Assembly (NCBI GenBank): GCA_963707025.1
Contig: CAVPOM010000004.1
Coordinates: 640,001 to 704,000 of the forward strand
DNA: 64,000 bases
Direction: 5' to 3'
Source of the DNA: an uncultured Verrucomicrobiae bacterium
GTDB lineage: Bacteria > Verrucomicrobiota > Verrucomicrobiia > Limisphaerales > Palsa-1400
How positions within the stretch are numbered: the stretch's first letter is position 1; the number at the start of each line of letters is the position of its first letter. Of this stretch, positions 51,666 to 59,952 are shown piece by piece. The translations under genes and the position numbers were made by a program. Under the pieces are notes generated by a model. It made no database searches and was not told where the DNA came from. It was given only the letters and a program-made list of their open reading frames with translations.

Positions 51666-53212
51666 TCAACTCACCTGCATGGAGAGGAGGAATTCGATAT
51701 TGGTGCGGATTTTTTTCAGCTTGCCCAGCAGCAGTTCCATCGCCTCCACCGGCGGGACGCCGGTCAGGGCGCGGCGCAGGATGACCACTTTGTTGTATTC
51801 GTCGGGATGGTAGAGCAGTTCCTCCTTGCGCGTGCCGGACAGTTCGATGTTGATGGAGGGGAAGATGCGCCGGTCCACCAGATGCGCGGTCCAGATTGAC
51901 CTCCATGTTGCCCGTGCCCTTGAATTCCTCAAAAATGACCTCGTCCATGCGCGAGCCGGTGTCCACCAGCGCGGTGGCGATGATGGTGAGCGAGCCGCCT
52001 TCCTCAATGTTGCGCGCCGCGCCGAAAAAGCGCTTGGGTTTGTGCAGGGCGTTGGCGTCCACCCCGCCGGACAGGATTTTGCCGGAATGCGGCTGGATGG
52101 TGTTGTAGGCGCGGGCCAGGCGGGTGATGGAGTCAAGCAGAATGACAGTGTCGCTTCTTGTGCTCGATCATGCGCTTGGCCTTTTCGATCACCATCTCCG
52201 CCACCTGGACGTGGCGCTCGGGCGGCTCGTCGAAGGTGGAGCTGATGACCTCGGCGCCGCGGCAACTGCGTTCCATGTCGGTGACTTCCTCGGGGCGCTC
52301 GTCAATCAGAAGGATGAAGAGGTAGGCTTCCGGGTTGTTCTTCAGGATGGCGTTGGCCAGCTTTTGCATCAGGACCGTTTTGCCCGTGCGCGGCGGGGCC
52401 ACGATCAGGCCGCGCGTGCCTTTGCCGATGGGGCAGACCAGGTCCAGCACGCGCGTGGAAAGTTCGTCCGGCGAGGTTTCCAGGAGGTAGCGCTTGTTGG
52501 GAAACAGCGGGGTCAGATTGTCGAAATGGGTCTTGTCTTTGGCCTTGTCCGGGTCTTCCGTGTCCACCGCCTCGACTTTGAGCAGGGCGAAGAAGCGTTC
52601 CTTGTCCTTGGGCGGGCGGATCTGGCCGGCGATGAGATTGCCGGTTTGCAGGTCGAAACGGCGGATTTGGGAGGGGGAGACGTAAATGTCCTCCGGGCAG
52701 GGGAGGTAATTGAAACTGCGCGAGCGCAGAAAGCCGAAGCCTTCGGGCAGGATTTCCAGGACGCCTTCGGAGAAGAGGACCCCCGCGCGCTCGGCATTTT
52801 TTTGCAGGATTTGGAAGATGATCTCGTGCTTGCGCATCGTGCCGAAGTTCTCGATGCCCATGTCCTGGGCCATGTGGTTGAGGTCGGCCATGGCCATGGC
52901 CTGGAGCTTGGCGATGTTCGTGGCGCCGCCGCCAGGCCCCTTGGCCGGGCGGACGGGGGATTCCTCCTCCGGGCTGGATTCGACGGCGTGGGTGGGCGGT
53001 TCCAGTTTCATTTCGGCGGGCGGCGGCGGGGCGGCCTTGCCTTTGGCGTGGGCCGGCCGGGCAGGGGACGGCCTTTCGGGCGGGGCCGCCTCCGGCGCGG
53101 GAGACGGTTCGGGCGGCGTCCCGGTCAGGGCGGCCTCTGCGGGGACAGGGGCGGCCGGAGGGGCGGTCTTGGCGCCTTTCTTTGTCACCTTTTTTGTGGC
53201 TGCTCTAGGCAT
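51666..53212 (-). CDS. rho: Transcription termination factor Rho (apparent frameshifts ~52154 and ~51883)
   Basis: [77 protein letters not shown] spread over three frames; Pro/Ala-rich N-terminal extension. Confidence 0.95.
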
Positions 53213-53296
53213 GGTAAAAAAATGGATTGCCGGACCCAGGACACGGGCAGGACACCTTCCGCACTGCGGCCCAATCGGGATCAAACCTGAATTTTC

Positions 53297-55468
53297 TTAA
53301 TATGGCAAGGGATACTTTGCCGTCAACTCACGCACACGATCTCTCACCTGGCGGGCCGTGTCAAGGTTCTTAATATCCAACAAGACTTCGCTGATCATGT
53401 CCGCCACGGCGGCCATCTCCGGCTCCTTCATGCCGCGGGTGGTCACGGCCGGGGTCCCCAGCCGGATGCCGCTGGCCTGGAAGGGGGAGCGGGTCTCGAA
53501 GGGGATGGTGTTCTTGTTCACCGTGATGCCCGCTTCGTCCAGGGCGGCCTGGCATTCCTTGCCGGTCAAGCCGCGCGCGCCCACGTCCACCAGCATGAGG
53601 TGGTTGTCGGTTCCGCCGCTGACCAGGCGGAAACGGTTGTGGATCATGCCTTCGGCCAGGGCCTGGGCGTTTTTGAGGATTTGCTCCTGATACTCGCGAA
53701 AGGCCGGCTGCAAGGCCTCCAGGAAACAGACGGCCTTGGCGGCAATGACATGCATGAGCGGTCCGCCTTGAATGCCGGGAAAGATCTGGGAGTCAATCTC
53801 CTTGGCGTATTTCTCCTTGCACAGCACCAGCCCGCCGCGCGGCCCGCGCAGGGTTTTATGGGTGGTGGTGGTGACAAAATCGGCGTGTTCCACCGGGCTG
53901 GGATGCAGCCCCGCCGCCACCAATCCGGCGATGTGGGCGATGTCGGCCAGCAGCCAGGCTCCCACCTCCCGGGCGATCTGGCCCATCCGCTGAAAATCAA
54001 TGATGCGCGGATAGGCGCTGGCGCCCACGGTGATCATGCGCGGACGGTGTTGCTGCGCCATTTTCTGCAATTGATCGTAATCAATCCGCTCATCCTCCTT
54101 GCGCACGCCGTAGTGGACGATTTCAAAAAAGCGGCCGGAGAAATTGGCCTTGTTGCCGTGGGTCAGGTGGCCGCCGTGGGAAAGGTCCATGGTCAGCATC
54201 TTATCGCCCGGCTTGAGCATGGCAAAGTAAACGGCCATGTTGGCCTGGCTGCCGGAATGGGGCTGGACGTTGGCATGCTCGGCGCCGAAGAGTTTTTTGG
54301 CCCGCTCGATGGCCAGCCGCTCCACCGTGTCCATGTGCTCGCAGCCGCCGTACCAGCGTTTGCCGGGGTAGCCCTCGGCGTATTTGTTGGTCAGAACCGA
54401 ACCTTGCGCCTCCAGGACGGCGGGGCTGACAAAGTTCTCGCTGGCGATCAATTCGATGTTTTCCTGCTGGCGCTGTTTTTCCAGAAAGAGCGCGTCGGCG
54501 ATGTCGGGATCCACGCTGCGCAGGCGGAGCGGGGCGGGGGTGGGGTTGTGTATTTCCATTTTATTGACACGACTCTGGTGCCGGCCCCCCTCAAAGGAGG
54601 TGGACAGAAAGATGTCGAGGATTTTGACCGCCCGGTCGGGGGGGGTGGTGCCCGCGCCCAGGCAGAGAATATTGGCGTCGTGGTGCTGGCGGCAGAGCGC
54701 GGCCATGGACTCATCGAAGACCAGCGCGGCGCGCGCGCCGGGGATTTTGTTGGCGGAAATGCTGACGCCAATCCCCGTCGCGCACACCAGCAGGCCAAAA
54801 ACGCTTTTGCGGGCCGCCACCTGCTCGCCCACCGCGTGGCCCAATTCGGTCGCGTCGCACGTTTCGGCGGAAGGCGTCCCCAAATCCACCAGCGAAATGC
54901 CGGAGGCCTGCAGATGCTGCTTGAGATGTTCCTTGAGGGCGAAGCCCGCCTGATCGGAGCCCAGGGCGATGCGGCTCTCCGGCGCGGCGCCGGCCGTCTC
55001 CGGGGCCTGGGCGGTTTGTTCCATGAATTTGAGCATGGAGAGAATCCCCTGCTCGATCTGGTCGCGGCAATAGGTGTAGGTTTCGTAGGAGCCGCCGATG
55101 GGATCGCCGATGTCCTTCTCAAAGTCATCCAGCGTCTCGTCAAATTCGCGCAGCAAAAAAGTCTTTTCCACCGCCTGCGGAAACAGCAGGTTGATCGAAT
55201 CCACATGGCTGTGGGTCATCCCGAAAATATAATCCGCCTGCTCCACCAGTTCCTGAGTGAGCATGCGGCTGCGCAGGTTGGCAATGTCAATGCCCAGTTC
55301 GCGCAGCGCCCGCACCGCATGGACCGTCGGCGGCTGGCCGTCCACGGCGCCGACCCCGGCCGAGAGGGCCTGGAAATCATGGCGGCCCCGCACGGCGTGC
55401 TGGAAGAGTCCTTCGGCCATCGGGCTGCGGCAAACATTGCCGGTGCAAACAAATAAAATTGTCTTCAT
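53297..55468 (-). CDS. glyA: Fusion: LMW protein-Tyr/Arg phosphatase + RpiB + serine hydroxymethyltransferase
   Basis: [14 protein letters not shown]...[16 protein letters not shown]...[56 protein letters not shown], all in one ORF. Confidence 0.93.
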   Translation of the reverse strand: MKTILFVCTGNVCRSPMAEGLFQHAVRGRHDFQALSAGVGAVDGQPPTVHAVRALRELGIDIANLRSRMLTQELVEQADYIFGMTHSHVDSINLLFPQAVEKTFLLREFDETLDDFEKDIGDPIGGSYETYTYCRDQIEQGILSMLKFMEQTAQAPETAGAAPESRIALGSDQAGFALKEHLKQHLQASGISLVDLGTPSAETCDATELGHAVGEQVAARKSVFGLLVCATGIGVSISANKIPGARAALVFDESMAALCRQHHDANILCLGAGTTPPDRAVKILDIFLSTSFEGGRHQSRVNKMEIHNPTPAPLRLRSVDPDIADALFLEKQRQQENIELIASENFVSPAVLEAQGSVLTNKYAEGYPGKRWYGGCEHMDTVERLAIERAKKLFGAEHANVQPHSGSQANMAVYFAMLKPGDKMLTMDLSHGGHLTHGNKANFSGRFFEIVHYGVRKEDERIDYDQLQKMAQQHRPRMITVGASAYPRIIDFQRMGQIAREVGAWLLADIAHIAGLVAAGLHPSPVEHADFVTTTTHKTLRGPRGGLVLCKEKYAKEIDSQIFPGIQGGPLMHVIAAKAVCFLEALQPAFREYQEQILKNAQALAEGMIHNRFRLVSGGTDNHLMLVDVGARGLTGKECQAALDEAGITVNKNTIPFETRSPFQASGIRLGTPAVTTRGMKEPEMAAVADMISEVLLDIKNLDTARQVRDRVRELTAKYPLPY

Positions 55469-55525
55469 TCCTGCCATTACGCCGTCAAACCTTGCGCGGT
55501 GCCCGGAGCATCGTCAATCCAAGAA

Positions 55526-56593
55526 TCATCCCGGATGGGGTTTCTGGACGACGGCCAGGCCCTTGAGCAAGTCCAAGGCTCGCGCCAGAACGGGATCGCG
55601 CACGATTTTTAGGTTGGGGTCGCTTTGCAGACGCCCGGCGCCGCCAAACTCCGCTTCCAGGTCCGCCCCGTCGCGCTGTTCCCGCACCAACTCCGCTTCA
55701 TTGAAACGCCGGAAAGAACCCTCATTGGTCTGCGGCATCCCGGCGGCAACGTTGGTCGCGACCGCATTGGTTTTTCCAGCCTGGCCGGGCACCTGCCAGG
55801 GGTGCTCCCAATAAGCTTTTTCATCCTCCGGATTTGTTTTCACCACGATATCCGGCGTGATGCCGCCGCGGAAGACCGTGCCGTCGCCCAGCTTGATTTC
55901 GCCCACGGCGATGCGCAATTTGCCGCCGTCGTTCAGCGGAAAATCCTGGAACAGGCCGGCCCGGCCCGCGGACTCCGTTCCCAGCAGCAGCCCGGTGCGC
56001 GTTTGGCGCAAGACCGCCGCCAGCCCTTCCGCCGCCTCGCTGGTCTGGGAATTGATCAGCGCGGCCAGCGGCACGGTGATGGCATTATCCTTTTTGGTGG
56101 AACGCGCCGTGACACCCCCGAACTCCAGCAACGGCTCGTCGGCATTGAGAAAACAATCCGCCGCCGCCGCCGCCGCGGCAAAATCCGTGCCGCCGGCGAA
56201 CCGCAAATCCAGAACCACTCCTTTAATCTTGGATTTGTTGGTCGCGGCCATATCCCGGTACGACGCCATCAGTTGGCTGGCCAGATTGGTCTCCACTTTG
56301 AGCACGCGAAAATAAGCGTAGGAATCGTCGTAAATAACGGACTTGCCCAGCGTGGAAGGGGCGGGGGCCTCTTCGCCGGCCGCGGCCGCGCCGACCAGCA
56401 TGGCGCCCGACTTGAGTTGTGCCAGCAACCCCTTCACCGCCGCGCGGTTCAAGTCCGCTTCGCTTGCTCCGTTGAGGTGGGCGCGCAACAACTGGTAAAT
56501 CTCGTCGAATTTCGGCAGTTCGTTGGTGGAACCGCCCACGGCGGCGCCGGCCGCCATCAAGAATAAAATGGAAACACAATGTTTTATCTTCAA
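55526..56593 (-). CDS. Secreted S41 (C-terminal protease)-like protein without PDZ domain, catalytic residues altered
   Basis: GVVLDLRF, LINSQTSEAAE, LLLGTESAGRAG, GITPDIVV, DPVLARALDLL. Start uncertain (TTG 56593 or ATG 56557). Confidence 0.75.
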   Translation of the reverse strand: MKIKHCVSILFLMAAGAAVGGSTNELPKFDEIYQLLRAHLNGASEADLNRAAVKGLLAQLKSGAMLVGAAAAGEEAPAPSTLGKSVIYDDSYAYFRVLKVETNLASQLMASYRDMAATNKSKIKGVVLDLRFAGGTDFAAAAAAADCFLNADEPLLEFGGVTARSTKKDNAITVPLAALINSQTSEAAEGLAAVLRQTRTGLLLGTESAGRAGLFQDFPLNDGGKLRIAVGEIKLGDGTVFRGGITPDIVVKTNPEDEKAYWEHPWQVPGQAGKTNAVATNVAAGMPQTNEGSFRRFNEAELVREQRDGADLEAEFGGAGRLQSDPNLKIVRDPVLARALDLLKGLAVVQKPHPG

Positions 56594-56649
56594 GGTGGAG
56601 AATCTACTGTGTTGTTCGGTGATTTTCAAGCACTCGCGCAACGGCGGTG

Positions 56650-56738
56650 TCTTAATCTTAATCCTAATCTTAATCTTAATCTCCTTCGCGTGCGATCTAT
56701 TGAGCCGGATTAAGATTAAGATTACGAGCAAGATTAAG
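56650..56738. repeat. (CTTAAT)n / (ATTAAG)n inverted hexamer-repeat hairpin
   Basis: TCTTAATCTTAATCCTAATCTTAATCTTAATC ... GATTAAGATTAAGATTACGAGCAAGATTAAGA. Confidence 0.8.
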
Positions 56739-58035
56739 AAAACTCCCGCGCAGGGCCTTGGCGCCAATATCCCTTCTGAACTGCGCGCCGTCGAATTTAA
56801 TTTTTGCCACCGCCTGGTAGGCCCGGTCGCGGGCCGCTTAGCCCGAGGTCCCAGGCCGTCACCCCGAGCACTCGCCCGCCCTGGGTGACAATCCCTTCCC
56901 CTTGCGGCGCGACGCCGGCATGGAAAATCTTGGTCTTGGCCAGCGCGCCCGCTTCGGCCAGGCCGCGGATGAGCGCGCCTTTGGCCGGAGTCCCGGGATA
57001 GCCGGCCGCGGCCATGACCACGCAGACGGCCGCTTCGGGCCGCCAGCGCAACTCCATTTTCTCCAAAACCCCGTCCACGCTGGCCTCCAGCAAATCCAGC
57101 AAGTCATTCTCCAAGCGTGTCAAATAAACCTGTGTCTCCGGGTCGCCGAAACGGGCGTTGAACTCCAGGACTTTCGGGCCGTCCCTGGTCAGCATCACGC
57201 CCGGATATAAAATGCCGCGAAAATCAATTCCCTCCTCTTCGCACCCCCGCAGCCACGGCTCCAGAATTTTTCTGCCGGCCTCCGCCAGTTCCATTTCGTT
57301 CAAAAAGGGCGCGGGCGAATAAGCGCCCATCCCGCCGGTGTTGGGGCCGGCGTCGTTTTCCCCGAGCCGCTTGTGGTCCTGCGCGGCGGGAAAAAGCCTG
57401 GCCGTTTTTCCGTCGCAGAGCGCGTGCAGCGAAATCTCCATTCCTTCCAGCAATTCCTGGATGACGACCTGCAGGCCGGCCGCGCCGAATTTTTGTCCGA
57501 GCATGATTTCATCCACCGCCAGGGCCGCCTCCGCCGGGTTGTGGCATATCATGACGCCTTTGCCCAGGGCCAGCCCATCGGCTTTGACGGCGCAGCGCCC
57601 GTGGAGCGCCGCCGCAAAATCCCGGGCCGCGCCGGCCTCGGAGAAAGTTCCGGCCTGCGCCGTCGGAATGCCATATTTCTCCATGAATTTTTGCGCGAAC
57701 ACCTTGGAGGACTCAAACTGGGCTGCTTTCCGGTTCGGCCCCCAGATGCGCAGACCATTGGCCTGGAACAAGTCCACCACGCCCAGGGCCAGCGGATTGT
57801 CCGGGCCAACCACCGTCAGAGCCGCCTTTTTTTCCAGCGCGAAGGCCAGCAAGGAGGGCAGATCGTCGGCGGCGATGGCAGCGCATTGCACCGGGGCGCC
57901 ATCCCGCGCCAGGTGTTCCTGGGCGATGCCGGCATTGCCGGGGGCGCACCACAATTGGGTGATGCGCGGCGACTGCGCCAGTTTCCAAACCAGGGCGTGT
58001 TCGCGTCCGCCCGAACCGAGGACCAAAACATTCAT
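56697..58035 (-). CDS. purD: Phosphoribosylamine--glycine ligase (apparent frameshift ~56839)
   Basis: VLGSGGREHAL, APGNAG, KADGLALGKGV, QDHKR..GPNTGGMGAYSP, EFNARFGDPETQ; an alternate frame gives AARDRAYQAVAKIKFDGAQFRRDIG. Confidence 0.96.
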
Positions 58036-58082
58036 CGCAGCGGATTGAAGCAGGAAGCGGGGAAGTTGGCCAGATTGCAGTT

Positions 58083-58343
58083 TCAAAAACGCTTATTGTA
58101 GTCCTCATGAGTTCCAATCCATTCCCAGAGGAAGAAATCGCCGGTAAACTTGCCCACAGCGCGATAGTGCTCGCCTACCCTTGCGGACCAATTGGGTTTC
58201 TGGATTGGTTTAAAGTGAAGCGAGGGGTGGAACGCATTTGCTGACCAGAGTTGATAGTTCTTCTGAGCCAGCCGTCTCATGTCAGCAGGCAGGGCGCGAT
58301 AAAGCCGCCAGAATTCAGGCGAGCCGCGGCTGGAAATAGTCAC
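58083..58343 (-). CDS. RelE/ParE-fold toxin
   Basis: FWRLYRALP, HPSLHFK, WSARVGEHYRAVG, WIGTHEDY. Confidence 0.8.
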   Translation of the reverse strand: MTISSRGSPEFWRLYRALPADMRRLAQKNYQLWSANAFHPSLHFKPIQKPNWSARVGEHYRAVGKFTGDFFLWEWIGTHEDYNKRF

Positions 58344-58561
58344 GGCTCGTGGAGAATGTCGCTGAGGGGAAGCGTTTTGCCTTCGGCGTGGGCAGTATCA
58401 GCCTCGAGGTTGAGGGAAGCGAATTTGCCCGCGACACCGTCGGCTTTCATCTGGCGGTCCCAATCGTCATCGGTCCAACCGCACAGTTCAGCGGTGATTT
58501 CAGCGCGTTCTGCCACAGAAAGCATCTGGATGGCCCTCCTGATGGACTCAACCGTACTCAT
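58340..58561 (-). CDS. Putative cognate antitoxin
   Basis: 73 aa, acidic; MSTVESIRRAIQML...DDWDRQMKAD..AGK; 4-bp overlap with the toxin gene. Confidence 0.72.
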   Translation of the reverse strand: MSTVESIRRAIQMLSVAERAEITAELCGWTDDDWDRQMKADGVAGKFASLNLEADTAHAEGKTLPLSDILHEP

Positions 58562-58877
58562 TGTTCAAAATATGCCCTGGAAAGCAGCGGCGCGCAACGG
58601 TGATTTTAGCCTGTCCGCCCGCAGAGCGTCAGGCATGTTCGGGCGGGAAAGCCCGGGCCGGCAGTCCGCTCGCCGCCGGCGGGCATTTGCGCAGGAATCA
58701 ACGTCGCACTCTTGTCGTGCGGCGGGGCCCGATAATTCGAGACCCGCCGTACCTCCGATGACTGACGCCTTGCGTCCACCCCAATTTCACCGCTTGACAC
58801 CATTCCGCCCCGCTTGTTAGCGTCGCTCCATGAAGAATTGCAGCCGTCAAATTTTTCCCGCCCGCGCAACGTCTCAA

Positions 58878-59729
58878 ATGAATTTCCTGTCCCGGCCCCT
58901 TCGCGCCCTTGGGACGTGCGGATTGAGTTTGCTGCTCGGCCTGGCCGCCTCCTGGCCGGCGCCGACGGCATTGGCCCAGGGCACCAACGCCGCAGCCGCG
59001 CCCGTGGCCGCCAAGCCGGGCGCGGTGCAGACGGCGGGCGAATTGGTCGTGAGCCTCGACGCGCGCGACCCCAGCGCCGGCACGACCAATTGGATCAACC
59101 AGGGCACGATGGGCAATTTCACCCGCCTTGGCGCGCCCAAGGTGGCGAAGACCGGCGGCCAGCCGGCGGTGGAGTTCAACGGCAAGAGCGACGCCTATCG
59201 CAGCCAGAAGCCGGCCCCGGCCACCATCACCGGCGCGCACGCCCGCTCCGTCGAAGTGTGGGTTTACAATCCGAGCCTGGACTCCACCGAGGAATGCATG
59301 GTGGCGTGGGGCCATCGCGGCACGACCCTGGCCAACCTGTCTTTCAATTACGGATCGGGCGGCGGCTTCAGCGCCGTGACCCATTACGATCAAGACATGG
59401 GCTGGGGTGATGATCCTCCCGCCCCAGCCCAGTGGCACCACCTGGTTTATACTTACAACGGCAAGACGGCCAAAATCTATGACAATGGGGTGGAGCGCGG
59501 CTCGGAGGACTTCGAGCTGGCGACCGCCGCCAACAACCGGATGAACATCGCGGTGGAGAACAGCACCGAGGGCGAGCCGCTTTTCGAGAGCGAGTTCGCC
59601 GACAACTGGGCCTTGTCGCTTTCAGGCTCCATCGCCCTGGTGCGCGTCCACAGCGGCGCGCTGACGGCGGACCAAGTCAAGACGAACTTCAACGCGGACA
59701 AGGCGCGGTTCGGCATGGGCGCGCCGTAG
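58878..59729 (+). CDS. Secreted LamG/concanavalin A-like domain protein
   Basis: Signal peptide; SVEVWVY, WHHLVYTYNG...IYDNG, HSGALTADQV..NF. Confidence 0.82.
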   Translation: MNFLSRPLRALGTCGLSLLLGLAASWPAPTALAQGTNAAAAPVAAKPGAVQTAGELVVSLDARDPSAGTTNWINQGTMGNFTRLGAPKVAKTGGQPAVEFNGKSDAYRSQKPAPATITGAHARSVEVWVYNPSLDSTEECMVAWGHRGTTLANLSFNYGSGGGFSAVTHYDQDMGWGDDPPAPAQWHHLVYTYNGKTAKIYDNGVERGSEDFELATAANNRMNIAVENSTEGEPLFESEFADNWALSLSGSIALVRVHSGALTADQVKTNFNADKARFGMGAP

Positions 59730-59833
59730 CTCGGCCCTCAAGCAATGAACTCAATCACCCGTGGCCAGCCGCCTTGAACCGCCGGGCGAACAAGAGTGAT
59801 GGACTATCCGAGTGTCTGCGTCTCACTGTATAA

Positions 59834-59900
59834 CAGGGCGGTTTAAGAAACTGTGCCGCCCTAAATGAGGATGGTAGGGCGCGCACTCCGTGCGCGCCGC
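59834..59900. repeat. REP-like element with GTAG-hairpin (second copy)
   Basis: Contains GTAGGGCGCGCACTCCGTGCGCGCC; inverted copy of 16112-16178. Confidence 0.85.
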
Positions 59901-59952
59901 GGCGGGCAACGGAGTGCCCGCCCCGCCGTCCATGACGGACGCGCCTTGCGCC

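Noticed and set aside
51666..52200. Programmed frameshifting or pseudogenisation of rho (also secA, mrdA, purD)
   Set aside because: No slippery heptamers seen, and the breaks are scattered across many essential genes; sequencing error is simpler.
56594..56767. Ile/Lys-rich N-terminus of the S41-like ORF
   Set aside because: It is a translation of the hexamer-repeat hairpin and overlaps the corrected purD end.
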